Shown here in pieces: positions 47,044 to 56,471 of a stretch of DNA of 64,000 nucleotides. Location: positions 62,001 through 126,000 of the IMG/VR virus record IMGVR_UViG_3300038441_001119; one strand, 5' to 3'. The notes under the pieces are model-generated. The model did not search any database, had not been told where the DNA came from, and was given only the letters and a program-made list of their open reading frames with translations. Made by a program: the position numbers and the translations under genes. Numbering within the stretch: the stretch's first letter is position 1; every line of letters begins with the position of its first letter.

Positions 47044-47214
47044 TCACTTACTGTCTTTAATCTCTTTATCTGAGATGTCGATTTCCGGAAGGTCTTTGAT
47101 GACCTTGGCAGCCTTGGTTAGACAAGGCTCGCCGTTGACGATAGTCGTACAAGTTTTACCAGTTTCAGAGCAGGGCGATATCCCTTCTTCTACTACAGCT
47201 TTCTTGACAAACAT
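47044..47214 (-). CDS. 56-aa hypothetical protein (below cutoff)
   Basis: MFVKKAVVEEGISPC.. fills gap. Confidence 0.5.
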   Translation of the reverse strand: MFVKKAVVEEGISPCSETGKTCTTIVNGEPCLTKAAKVIKDLPEIDISDKEIKDSK

Positions 47215-47218
47215 GTGA

Positions 47219-47803
47219 TTATTTTATCAGAAACAATTGAATTTGAAATGGAAATTTATCCACCGCGACCTTCCCCATGAACAAACATTCATAGGTACTG
47301 GATTCAGGAGTACCGGTCATAACTGTCACCTCCACGCCGGGGTCTAGTTCCACTTCGGTAAGGGACTTGGAAGGAGTCATTATGACAATATTACTACCGT
47401 CTTCCGACACCCGCATCTGCGACGACTTCAGAAAGATGCTGAATTTATCGATCTTCAGTCGGATAGGGCCTGTCTCGTTAGAGTACAAACTTGAGGCCCA
47501 TTCCAGAACCGCAGAAGCATCCGCTGGATGGTTTCTGGCAAATTTCATCGCAGCATCAGACAGCCCCGGCAAGGGCTGCTTGGCTGCTACTTTCTCCGCC
47601 ATCTTTTCCGACGCTTTATGCAGATCCGAAAGGAAGTCAGTGTTGATGAATGCCATGGCCTTCTCCGTACCTGATTCAGGTTCCTTACGTTCGGGTTTAA
47701 AAGTGGCAGCTTCAAGACCGTCCATAAGCATGAGGGTCTTAGCTTTAAAACTTTCAGGAGTCTTGTCAGACCCTGTATCAGGAATCGGTCCTTTGTGTGG
47801 CAT
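47219..47803 (-). CDS. hypothetical protein
   Basis: 194 aa. Confidence 0.7.
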   Translation of the reverse strand: MPHKGPIPDTGSDKTPESFKAKTLMLMDGLEAATFKPERKEPESGTEKAMAFINTDFLSDLHKASEKMAEKVAAKQPLPGLSDAAMKFARNHPADASAVLEWASSLYSNETGPIRLKIDKFSIFLKSSQMRVSEDGSNIVIMTPSKSLTEVELDPGVEVTVMTGTPESSTYECLFMGKVAVDKFPFQIQLFLIK

Positions 47804-48915
47804 TATTCTTTGTCGCGAATCGCTTTCCAGTTGGGGAACCTTAGCTTACCATCCTTAGTATAGCCTTGGAACTTAACTGTTGCCATCTTGCCGATGTACT
47901 TGTCTTTGTCAATCCACAATTGACGGTTAAGTTCATCCGTACCAGTAGGCCCGGCTTCGGATGTAGTACCGTCTTCTAGTCTGACAATCCATTTGCCTAC
48001 GCGGTCGGCGAATTTACCGACACCCGCTTCCACACCGACAACCTCGAACTCTTTGTCGATGAACGTCTTTACTTTGAGCAGATGCTTGGTGCGTCCGAAC
48101 TGGTAACCCTGTTCACCCCACCGAACCATGGTGCCCTCGTAGCCGTTGCTTACGAATACCCGGTCCCAATCCTCCATGTCTCCTACGTGATCGACCTTGT
48201 ACTGAGGAAGTAAGATGATTTGCTCATACTCCGAATGTTCCCGCATATCCTTCAGGATGGATCGCATATCGTATAGACGAGATTCAAAGTTCTCTGAAAG
48301 ATTGATATCAAACATGTGGAACTCCAGAATCTTTGCCCGCTCAATGTCTTCAGCTGTGGCGTCAGGTTGCTTCGCCAGACTAATGAGCTTATTGAAGTCA
48401 TCCTTCAGCACATGAGCATACAGTTCTCCGTCAAAGATTAGTTTATCATTCTTAGGGTCGCTGTAGATGTGTTTCTGGAATGGTTCAAAGATGTGCGGAC
48501 ATGTGATGATGGGTTTGTTACCACGTGACCACATACCATCCTTGTTGATGAGACATCGCATACCATCCAGCTTAGGAGAGACGAACGCCGGGTATACTAC
48601 CTTGGATTCGTAATCTGGGAACTCATGCGCGAGCGTACACTCAAACATTACTTCCTTGGTTTCAGGATCATCAACATACCCTTTATCCCTTTTCTTTTGT
48701 ACCTTGGACTTTGCCTCCGCGATAGCTTGCGCCTCGCCTGTCGTAGCGTTCTTCTTGCCTACGTGTTTCGGAGTGCAGGTGGTCCATACATTGGTCGTCA
48801 GTTTGAATCCGACGTAACCTTCGGTAACACGGAACTTATCTCCTTCAACTTCGATAGACCATTGCTGGGTTTTCTTGGCTTTAGGGTTGTACTTGTACAG
48901 TGTTGCTATAATCAT
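47803..48915 (-). CDS. ATP-dependent DNA ligase
   Basis: SPKLDGMR, FDGELY, FHMFD, EGTMVR, LLKVK, KLRFP motifs. Confidence 0.93.
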   Translation of the reverse strand: MIIATLYKYNPKAKKTQQWSIEVEGDKFRVTEGYVGFKLTTNVWTTCTPKHVGKKNATTGEAQAIAEAKSKVQKKRDKGYVDDPETKEVMFECTLAHEFPDYESKVVYPAFVSPKLDGMRCLINKDGMWSRGNKPIITCPHIFEPFQKHIYSDPKNDKLIFDGELYAHVLKDDFNKLISLAKQPDATAEDIERAKILEFHMFDINLSENFESRLYDMRSILKDMREHSEYEQIILLPQYKVDHVGDMEDWDRVFVSNGYEGTMVRWGEQGYQFGRTKHLLKVKTFIDKEFEVVGVEAGVGKFADRVGKWIVRLEDGTTSEAGPTGTDELNRQLWIDKDKYIGKMATVKFQGYTKDGKLRFPNWKAIRDKE

Positions 48916-49595
48916 TTTCTTTTACTGGTAAATCGGGACGCCATCATTTCAAGCGCCCCGATCTCTTCCTTGTTAGCGTTACGCCACTTCTTGTCCAGTA
49001 ATACGGACATCCGTACCAACTCTATGAAAGCTTTCCTTCCCATAAGGAAGTCACCTTCCACTTCATTGTGATTGGATATAAGAGTGGCCCTAGGTGATTC
49101 TTTGTAATGACTAAATTCCGTACGGAACATGTGCATCCCTGAGCTGGAATACACATGAACCGCCAGAACCATTACTCCGCCCAACACCTTGGAACGAAGT
49201 TCAGTATCAAATCCATTGCGTGTCATTGCCTCCTGATAAAGAGAAGCCACTTCCACCATCAAACCATTTGCGGGAATACGTAATCCCGATGAGACATATC
49301 CTTTGTAGAAGGGGAGGATGAGGTCTAGTTTTTGATATGGTTTGGCGATGGCGAGGTTCTCCGTATCATTGGGAGAAATGTAATCCGTAGGATCGATACC
49401 TAGTCGTTCGCAGATTTCCACCACACGAACGACTGGTATTCTAGTTATGCATTTCTTCCAACGGAACCAAGTGGTCCTGTCAGTTCCAACCGCCTTTAGA
49501 AGAGTATCTGCTTTCTGTTCCATGTCCGGATGAAGGCGTGTTTCCAGATCTTGGACAAACTTCTTCTGCGGTTCTTGTGACAGGTACTTAGCCAT
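48912..49595 (-). CDS. putative HTH (Xre-like) DNA-binding protein
   Basis: LLKAVGTDRTTWFRWKK..IPVVRVVEICERLGIDP. Confidence 0.6.
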   Translation of the reverse strand: MAKYLSQEPQKKFVQDLETRLHPDMEQKADTLLKAVGTDRTTWFRWKKCITRIPVVRVVEICERLGIDPTDYISPNDTENLAIAKPYQKLDLILPFYKGYVSSGLRIPANGLMVEVASLYQEAMTRNGFDTELRSKVLGGVMVLAVHVYSSSGMHMFRTEFSHYKESPRATLISNHNEVEGDFLMGRKAFIELVRMSVLLDKKWRNANKEEIGALEMMASRFTSKRK

Positions 49596-49631
49596 ACTTG
49601 GTTCTTACACGAACTGACGGATTAGGCCAGC

Positions 49632-50066
49632 TTAATAATACTGAGGAAAGGTTCCCGGGTCCGACCATTTGTCGGCCTCAGGTTTGTACGGAGGGGTGTC
49701 GTACTTACCCTGCTCTTCAATACGTTTCTGGATGTCTTTCGCAATCTTATCCAGAGGCATTGCAGGTACAGCAGGTTTAGGAGGAGGCATGTACCCCAAC
49801 CCGTAAGCTTCCTGAGAAACTTTGATATGAGCAGGCCACGATTTGAAGGGACCGGGGTTTAGTTCCCCCTGCAACCTACGGATTTCTTCCTTCAGGTTCT
49901 TGATCTTGATTTGCTGTTCAAGCTCACGCCGCTGGGCTTCCAAATCACGGATCTCCTCCTCGTAGTTCCGACGGCCTTGCCGTTCCTTGGCGTTGTCTAT
50001 GAGGTCTTGTTTAAAGTGATCCATAATACCGTTACAGGTCAGTGGTGGTAGTTGTTTTTGGCTCAT
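49632..50066 (-). CDS. coiled-coil hypothetical protein
   Basis: EEEIRDLEAQRRELE heptads. Confidence 0.65.
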   Translation of the reverse strand: MSQKQLPPLTCNGIMDHFKQDLIDNAKERQGRRNYEEEIRDLEAQRRELEQQIKIKNLKEEIRRLQGELNPGPFKSWPAHIKVSQEAYGLGYMPPPKPAVPAMPLDKIAKDIQKRIEEQGKYDTPPYKPEADKWSDPGTFPQYY

Positions 50067-50664
50067 TTGCTTTTGCGTAATCATCCAATGCTTTATGCAT
50101 TACTTCGTAACTCCCTGCGTCGATTGCAAGGAAATGCATCGCTTGGGAGTAGGCGTCATCCACTGCTTCATGGTGCACACCATAGCGTTGCATTTTCAAT
50201 CCTTTTGCAATAGGCAGATTCTTGATGGTGCGGTAACACCTGCTGTTCCATCTTCCCCACGGACGTTCGAGCTTTGCAGCCGCGTATGCCGTGTCGAGTA
50301 GAACATTGTCAAAGTCTGCTCCGTTTCCCCAGACTTTGACCTGACCACCCAGACGTTTCTGAGCAGTACCGATCCAGTCAGAGAACTTAGTCAGTCCCTC
50401 ACGGAGAGGTACGCTATCTTTCTTGAACTGGGCTTGGGCGTCCTTGGATTGTGAAATCCACCATAGAACCGTCGACACGTCCATCTTGAGACCATGGGTC
50501 GCTGCTTCTTCAGGATTTATGTATACCGAGAACTCCGAGTAAACGCCGAGCTTTGGTGCGAATGCCACGGCGCCAATTGCTGTGACAATCGACCCCGGAC
50601 CGTTGCCCAGAGTCTCAATGTCCAGCATGACATTTGTTTCCTTTTCTCCTAGTAGTATATTCAA
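50032..50664 (-). CDS. DEDDh 3'-5' exonuclease (RNase AS/DUF5051-like)
   Basis: MLDIETLG, VWGNGADFDNVLL, HEAVDDAYSQA. Confidence 0.88.
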   Translation of the reverse strand: MNILLGEKETNVMLDIETLGNGPGSIVTAIGAVAFAPKLGVYSEFSVYINPEEAATHGLKMDVSTVLWWISQSKDAQAQFKKDSVPLREGLTKFSDWIGTAQKRLGGQVKVWGNGADFDNVLLDTAYAAAKLERPWGRWNSRCYRTIKNLPIAKGLKMQRYGVHHEAVDDAYSQAMHFLAIDAGSYEVMHKALDDYAKANEPKTTTTTDL

Positions 50665-51026
50665 GCCAGTTCCAGTTCGATTTCTTTCTTAACGGTCTCA
50701 AGGGCTGCTTCCACTTGTTCCAAACTGATGAAACCACGGCTGGGATCGACTTGATCCTCATCAATGGATTTATTCAGATACTTGAGGATTTTGTCGATCT
50801 TCCGTTTCTGCAGTTCCGGTTTGATATCCGGTACCAGTCCCAGCTCATTCAGAACAGCCATGACCACCCATAGGTCTCCGAACTCGTACGTAACGCGTTC
50901 GCCATTGGTTAGGTCTTGTCCTGATTGAACTTCCTCAGTACCAAAGCGCATAGCCTTGGAACATCGTTGCCCGATTTCGCAGCATTCTTCAGCTGCTTGA
51001 TTTAGTAGTGCTTGTTCAAGTGTCAT
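50661..51026 (-). CDS. MazG-like nucleotide pyrophosphohydrolase
   Basis: AEECCEIGQ..SKAMRFG..EFGDL. Confidence 0.75.
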   Translation of the reverse strand: MTLEQALLNQAAEECCEIGQRCSKAMRFGTEEVQSGQDLTNGERVTYEFGDLWVVMAVLNELGLVPDIKPELQKRKIDKILKYLNKSIDEDQVDPSRGFISLEQVEAALETVKKEIELELA

Positions 51027-51342
51027 TCTTTTTCGATTCTATAATATCCCCGTCTGATTGTTCCAAGATCATGTCTATCTCCGCAGCCACTAGTGCTGCA
51101 GCCTTGACCAGATCCCGTAAACGATCTGCTCCTCTCGCTGGTTTCCAGTATTTATCTTCCCAAGGCCATAGCTCGGATTGCTTGATATGGGTCTCATTGG
51201 GACCATGTACATAGTGGTCCAGATAGCACATTGCTGCGTCCACCATCTCAGTACCTTCGTATTCGTCACTAGTATAGCCAAGTATTTCAACCTGACGCTG
51301 ACGTTCCGCTGCTATCAATTTTATGCCTCTGGATTCACTCAT
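51016..51342 (-). CDS. conserved phage protein
   Basis: IAAERQRQ..WPW..WKP..RDLVKAAALVAAEID. Confidence 0.7.
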   Translation of the reverse strand: MSESRGIKLIAAERQRQVEILGYTSDEYEGTEMVDAAMCYLDHYVHGPNETHIKQSELWPWEDKYWKPARGADRLRDLVKAAALVAAEIDMILEQSDGDIIESKKNDT

Positions 51343-51761
51343 TTCTCAAATGCGTCAGGGATACCGAGGGCAGTGGCGATCTTTTCCCAGTCCACGTAGT
51401 ACCTGTTGATACCACGCTCGTCTTTTGTATCAAAGATTACTGGTCCTGCCACATTCGTATCGTCGATATGGTAGTGACTGAAAGCTTTCGGGCTGGAGGT
51501 CCAGTGATGCTGCTGGGGGTTCTTGTTAACAGCCCATAGCGGGATGTTGTTTTTCTTGTACCATTCAATGGGCCCATCGAGGTGCTTACCACTTCGCATG
51601 GTCCATAGGATAATCTTACCGCCTTCTTCTACAATACGTCTAAGCACGGGTGCCGCACCGATGTCGTCTCCCAGATCAGGGAAACGATGTTTGGTGCACG
51701 TACCATCGAAGTCGACAGTAAAGATTTCCCCTTCAAATTTCTTTTTGGGTGTGTCTGTCAT
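51339..51761 (-). CDS. HAD-superfamily hydrolase
   Basis: VDFDGT, ILWTMR, SPK, IDD. Confidence 0.82.
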   Translation of the reverse strand: MTDTPKKKFEGEIFTVDFDGTCTKHRFPDLGDDIGAAPVLRRIVEEGGKIILWTMRSGKHLDGPIEWYKKNNIPLWAVNKNPQQHHWTSSPKAFSHYHIDDTNVAGPVIFDTKDERGINRYYVDWEKIATALGIPDAFEK

Positions 51762-51800
51762 AAAAACAAAGAACCCCGGCTACCCGTAGGCAGCCGGGGT
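51762..51800 (-). terminator. intrinsic terminator
   Basis: ACCCCGGCT/AGCCGGGGT stem + U-rich tract. Confidence 0.7.
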
Positions 51801-51814
51801 CTCAAAGGTTAAGT

Positions 51815-52027
51815 TCAGGAATCTTCTTTACCAATCAAGACGTTGTAGGTCTCGTTCAGATTAGATTCACGTTGTGCGTCGAGGGTTTGATACCTGTCGT
51901 ACAATTCGGAAACTCGGTCTTCTGCAACTCCTGCAGTGTGAAGTGCGGTCGTAAAAGCCAGACCTTTGATTTCTCGAATGCGGTCAGCATCAATCTCGTT
52001 GGCGCTCTTGTTCAATTCAGTGGACAT
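51815..52027 (-). CDS. small hypothetical protein
   Basis: 70 aa, N-terminal KSA. Confidence 0.6.
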   Translation of the reverse strand: MSTELNKSANEIDADRIREIKGLAFTTALHTAGVAEDRVSELYDRYQTLDAQRESNLNETYNVLIGKEDS

Positions 52028-52069
52028 GCATATGATTTATTATACGCGTGCCCGTTTGTCTATAAAAAA

Positions 52070-52462
52070 TTACAGAGCAGTCTCAGTCACAGTACCACTC
52101 TTCATGGTATGGACGATACTCTCATTAATTTCGTATGCTCCAGTGATAATGAAATCAACATCTGGAAATGCGTTGCGGATATTCTCTGCAACTTCGGTAA
52201 ACCAATGGGCAAACCTCGCATACACTGCGGTCTCCGGCATGGATGGAGCAACCCAAGCCGTATGGTACTCATAAACGTCCTCTTGCTCATCGTCGACAGG
52301 TTCAGCTTTGATGTAGAAAGTTATCTGTTTCTTCGATGATACGCGGTGTTCGAGTCGGTCCTTTGTGGTGACCTCCCCGTCGATATAGGCGCACTGGTAT
52401 TCAGTGAGTCCTTCTGCCTTAGTTTCTTCCTTCTTGGTCTCTGGTTCAGATGTCTGAGTCAT
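52070..52462 (-). CDS. hypothetical protein
   Basis: 130 aa. Confidence 0.65.
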   Translation of the reverse strand: MTQTSEPETKKEETKAEGLTEYQCAYIDGEVTTKDRLEHRVSSKKQITFYIKAEPVDDEQEDVYEYHTAWVAPSMPETAVYARFAHWFTEVAENIRNAFPDVDFIITGAYEINESIVHTMKSGTVTETAL

Positions 52463-52790
52463 TTAATGCGGTGTTGATTTGTTTTACTAGAGGAACGCCC
52501 TGTACGTTGTAAGCAGTCAGATCGATGGTTCGCTTGGTGTTAGAAATGGACGAGTAGGAATACTCAACCTGCAAATCCACAACCATGCTTGTGAATTCCT
52601 TTGTTCGGCTGATACCTGCTACCCATTCTTTGAACTTCCTACGAATGTCTTCGGTACTTGTAGCTCCCGGAAACAGATGGTCGGTAGTTCCTGTGAATAT
52701 CTTCGTGTTGTTATAGAATAGAAGGACTGAGAAGGTGGCCTTCTTGTATCCTTTGTTTTCTACAAAACTGTCAACTGCGTCTGCGGTCAT
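52446..52790 (-). CDS. hypothetical protein
   Basis: 114 aa. Confidence 0.65.
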   Translation of the reverse strand: MTADAVDSFVENKGYKKATFSVLLFYNNTKIFTGTTDHLFPGATSTEDIRRKFKEWVAGISRTKEFTSMVVDLQVEYSYSSISNTKRTIDLTAYNVQGVPLVKQINTALNDSDI

Positions 52791-53338
52791 ACGATCTCAA
52801 AGCCAATCTCCAGTGGGGCTGGAGCAGCCAATGGGGTTTTAGGACGGACCGACTCCAGAAGCTTGTCGATTGCTTTCAGAGACTTGGCGTCGGTCAGTAG
52901 ATGCTGGATTTGCTCCGCCTCACCGTCCAATGCTTCCTTGATCTTAAGCTGTATCTGCTTGGGATTCCATTGAGGCAGCTTGTTAGTGAGATCAACGATC
53001 TGCTTCTGCAGCTTATCAACACGCTCCCCTGCTGGGATCGGTTTCAATGCGATCAGGTAACCCTTGTTTGTGTTCGTGCTGAAGTTGTAGTTATTCTGGA
53101 TAGATTGCACCAGCGTAACTCTTTCGCTGGATAGATACTCCTTGGCGTCTGCCTCGGCAGCCGCCATCAGCTGTCCACGCAATGCCGCGATTTGGGTGGA
53201 GGCCGCGTCGTATTCCCTTTTAAATTCCTCCTGTGCACGCTGGAACATGGCCTTTGCAACCACCGTACGGGACGGGGTTGGTTCCATGTTCTTTGGGATG
53301 ATTGCAGCCTCTTGTTTAGTGACGATTCGTTTTGCCAT
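52787..53338 (-). CDS. helical hypothetical protein
   Basis: 183 aa. Confidence 0.7.
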   Translation of the reverse strand: MAKRIVTKQEAAIIPKNMEPTPSRTVVAKAMFQRAQEEFKREYDAASTQIAALRGQLMAAAEADAKEYLSSERVTLVQSIQNNYNFSTNTNKGYLIALKPIPAGERVDKLQKQIVDLTNKLPQWNPKQIQLKIKEALDGEAEQIQHLLTDAKSLKAIDKLLESVRPKTPLAAPAPLEIGFEIV

Positions 53339-53373
53339 GTTGCTCTTTGAAATGTCAGAGCAACCACGTTGGA

Positions 53374-54147
53374 TTACTCTGGAAGTTTGACTACCTTGCC
53401 GTCTAGATCGGCAGGGCTTCTATATTCCAGTTTACCGGTTCTCCTGTTACGGAAGAGCTGGTAAAGACGTCCATCACTACCAAACTTGGTTCCCCATGTA
53501 AGACGGGTGTCAATACCCGCACGTGAGGATTCAGGGCCAGAGAGGTTGTCAATAAACCCGAAGGAGCTGGCATGGACCGCCTGCATTTCAGGAGTGATCG
53601 ATTCGTCACTGGCAATACCACCGGGACCCATCTGGGTGATCCGGCGTGCAGACTCAATGAGCTGCATCGGGTTAATCTCCTCCAGAGGGGAAGACAGTGG
53701 GTTGTTTACCAACTGCTTCTCCGTATATTCGTCAAACGCAAGGGGTCCCAAGACAGACAGATTCTTTCTGTGGGCTGCCATACGCAGCAGTCTTTTACGG
53801 ACTTGACCTGCATCCGTGCGAATACGTTGTGAGAGGAGTTTGTCCGTGGTGAAGACTTTCTTGAAGGCTTGACTGTCCCGTTCATCGGTGTCAGCAAGCC
53901 CTCGGTTGACCGCTAGGAGCTTCTCGGTAGCCGCAAGGATACCGTTGATACCGACAGGCACATACGGCTCTTGGTCGGCGTCATAATCGTAGTCGTTGGC
54001 GCGTTCTATAGGCTTCTCTGATTTCTCAAGAGTAGTCTTAATCGCTGCAGGTGGTTGCGGGGGACTTACGGGTTCCGGCACGTAAGCGTTCTTCTGCATA
54101 TCGACTCTGTCAGCGAGCCAACTTTTGAATTTGTTTTTAGAGTCCAT
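53374..54147 (-). CDS. rpoB: RNA polymerase beta subunit middle part (fork loop / Rif-pocket region)
   Basis: INPMQLIESARRITQMGPGGI..VHASSFGFID..GPESSRAG matches [38 protein letters not shown]. Confidence 0.85.
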   Translation of the reverse strand: MDSKNKFKSWLADRVDMQKNAYVPEPVSPPQPPAAIKTTLEKSEKPIERANDYDYDADQEPYVPVGINGILAATEKLLAVNRGLADTDERDSQAFKKVFTTDKLLSQRIRTDAGQVRKRLLRMAAHRKNLSVLGPLAFDEYTEKQLVNNPLSSPLEEINPMQLIESARRITQMGPGGIASDESITPEMQAVHASSFGFIDNLSGPESSRAGIDTRLTWGTKFGSDGRLYQLFRNRRTGKLEYRSPADLDGKVVKLPE

Positions 54148-55595
54148 TAACGGTCAAGGTATGAAATCAGTCTCTCGAAGTCTGTATCGACATCTCCAGT
54201 AGTCCAGAACTCATCCGCGTTTTCCAGATAGTTCATGACAACAGCAGTGTTCACACTATGGGCACCGGACTTGAGCAGGTGATATTTAAGCTCCTGCTTC
54301 TGCTTGTACTCCTCCATGGCTTTTGCAACCTCTTCACGTCGGGTGGGTTGTTCTATCAGCTTGAGAGGGTCAATAGCCCAGTTTTTGAGAGCAAAGGCGC
54401 GACGAGGAGTAGGCTTCCGTTTGAAAACCTCACCATGTCGCTGCTTGAAGCTCTTCCAGCGTTTGATCTGTCTGTCATCATCAGGTGTTCTCTTACCATT
54501 CGAGTAACCTTGATACCACGAAATCCACCCTTTGGGATCACTTCCTTCAGGGAACCAACGTTCAGGCCAGTGTTCCATACTGGCAAGACGAGGGGTGTCC
54601 TCTGAGAAGATCTGGTCGTATGACTCTCCCATTTCTTCACCGGATAGATCAGGATTAAACTCACTGGAGGCGGACTTAATTACCTCAGGTATTTCCAAGT
54701 CGGGGAGGAAGTCCATTTTTTCCAGCTCTTGGTCCATCACTTTCCTTGCGGTTTCTTTCGCTTCCCATTGTTGTCTCCACGATGCGGACTTTGTGCGGTC
54801 AAACATGTTGGGAAGATTGCGGCTGGCAACCTTCTCGTGGATCATGGCGCGATTGAGTGCTTGGTTGATCAGTTCTACTTTCTCCTCGCGATTGGCTGTC
54901 GGGGGACGCATGAAACGAGGTACAAGCCTTTCGTAGGCTTTGTCGAACACGCGGGAATCGTATTTTGATCTGTTGGCTTCGACGATGTCTGCTCCCCACA
55001 TCTCCTCCAATTGCTTGTCGGGAATGCCCATGTCTTTCAACAGGGAGTACATGTGTAGGTTGGAGTTATGCACGGCAAGACGGTACTGCGCGGAATTGGG
55101 TTCGAAGTGAATACGGAAGGTATTCCCTGAACCGGGCCGTACGTTGAACTGAGTCTCGTAGTTACCGTTCTTTTGCTGACGTGTATAAACTCCGGGAAGG
55201 AGGCGGGATTGTGCGAGCGAGATGTATTCGTTGCCGTTGTGGATGAACGTACCCCTGTTCGTGAGGTAGGGAGTACGCATTAGGGTGGTTTTCTTTTGGT
55301 CGAGAAGATCGCCTGTCTTCTCGTCGAACAACTTGATGTTACCCCGGAGACGGCGCCCAAGGAAACGGTTGCTCATCAATGCCTTCTTCTGTTCCGGAAT
55401 GTCGTACTCATCCGGGTCGACATATTCCAGACCATCAAGTTCCATCCGCACACCTCCGTACGACTGGGGGAAAGATCTCTGCATCGCATCCATCGTTTGG
55501 GTATAGATGTCGTTGCGCAGGGTTTTGAAATCCGACGGGTCTCTGAGGGTGACTCCTTCAGGGATAGTCGGCTCTTCTTTCTTAGGTCCAGTCAT
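54147..55595 (-). CDS. rpoB: RNA polymerase beta subunit N-terminal part with extra C-terminal domain
   Basis: PYLTNRGTFIHNGNEYISLAQSRLLPGVY matches PLMTxxGTFxINGxERVIVSQLxRSPGVY. Confidence 0.85.
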   Translation of the reverse strand: MTGPKKEEPTIPEGVTLRDPSDFKTLRNDIYTQTMDAMQRSFPQSYGGVRMELDGLEYVDPDEYDIPEQKKALMSNRFLGRRLRGNIKLFDEKTGDLLDQKKTTLMRTPYLTNRGTFIHNGNEYISLAQSRLLPGVYTRQQKNGNYETQFNVRPGSGNTFRIHFEPNSAQYRLAVHNSNLHMYSLLKDMGIPDKQLEEMWGADIVEANRSKYDSRVFDKAYERLVPRFMRPPTANREEKVELINQALNRAMIHEKVASRNLPNMFDRTKSASWRQQWEAKETARKVMDQELEKMDFLPDLEIPEVIKSASSEFNPDLSGEEMGESYDQIFSEDTPRLASMEHWPERWFPEGSDPKGWISWYQGYSNGKRTPDDDRQIKRWKSFKQRHGEVFKRKPTPRRAFALKNWAIDPLKLIEQPTRREEVAKAMEEYKQKQELKYHLLKSGAHSVNTAVVMNYLENADEFWTTGDVDTDFERLISYLDR

Positions 55596-55623
55596 ACAAA
55601 GGTAGTTTAGCAGTTAGAGCAGG

Positions 55624-55926
55624 TTAATCAACAACCGTGTAGCCAAATTGAAGCTGTAACCACGAGGACAACACATGCATGCAGCGTGGGTTGTGCGGGC
55701 TATCCTCGAAATAATGGACGAGTTTGAACTCACTCTGCTCAGGGTAGAACTGAACATACCACACGTCAGATATTTTGTACAAACCCTTACCCCTGTAACC
55801 AGCCTTCACGTAGTGACGTCCCATAAGGACATACGCTATGTTGGCTACGATAGCTTCCTTGTCCTTCTTAAGGGTGGCTTTCAGGCTAGAAGGTATGGCG
55901 AAGCGTGCGTCTTCTAGTCGTGTCAC
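55624..55926 (-). CDS. hypothetical protein
   Basis: GTG start overlapping the NADAR stop. Confidence 0.55.
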   Translation of the reverse strand: MTRLEDARFAIPSSLKATLKKDKEAIVANIAYVLMGRHYVKAGYRGKGLYKISDVWYVQFYPEQSEFKLVHYFEDSPHNPRCMHVLSSWLQLQFGYTVVD

Positions 55927-56471
55927 AAAGGGACAGCACCTTCTACCAGTTTCAGCTGGAGTTCGGTTCGCACCTCCATCCAGAGATTGCCAAGGACATT
56001 TTTGCCATCCTTCTTTATACCCCATCCCCAGAAAGGATCACGCCATGAGTTTTCGATAAGAGGTCGGTCTTCCGTTTGCATCAGCTTCCGGTAGACGTAT
56101 TCGTGTTGCTCCACCTTGGCTTGCAAGATGCGCTTCATGATGTGGACTCTTACCTCATACCAATCCTCACGCTGAAGATGCTTATGATTTTGTGCGATCT
56201 GATATGCCTCGTGGGCTGAACGGGACCGTTTGATCAGATCTCGAACATGGAACTCACCCGGGAATTTCTCCCAGTGATACGCATGCTCTGAAGTGTCGAA
56301 GTCCCAGTCTTCCCATATAAGACGGAAGGATGAGAAGTTTGATAGTGGATAGAACTCGCGTTCATAGAAGAACACAGGGTCCTTGTTAGTGGGGGAATGG
56401 TCCTCCACTTCTCCTGCTTTCTTGAACATCTCGTTCTCCGCAGCCTGAAAAAGCGAATCGAACTTATCCAT
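55923..56471 (-). CDS. NADAR (YbiA-like) family protein
   Basis: LSNF, TSEHAYHWEKF, REDW, AKVEQH, LIENSWRDPFWGWG..GKNVLGNLWMEVR. Confidence 0.9.
   Translation of the reverse strand: MDKFDSLFQAAENEMFKKAGEVEDHSPTNKDPVFFYEREFYPLSNFSSFRLIWEDWDFDTSEHAYHWEKFPGEFHVRDLIKRSRSAHEAYQIAQNHKHLQREDWYEVRVHIMKRILQAKVEQHEYVYRKLMQTEDRPLIENSWRDPFWGWGIKKDGKNVLGNLWMEVRTELQLKLVEGAVPL

Noticed and set aside
53374-55595. Split rpoB as a frameshifted pseudogene
   Set aside because: The pieces have their own starts, non-RpoB terminal extensions and TAATG coupling, and conserved motifs are intact.
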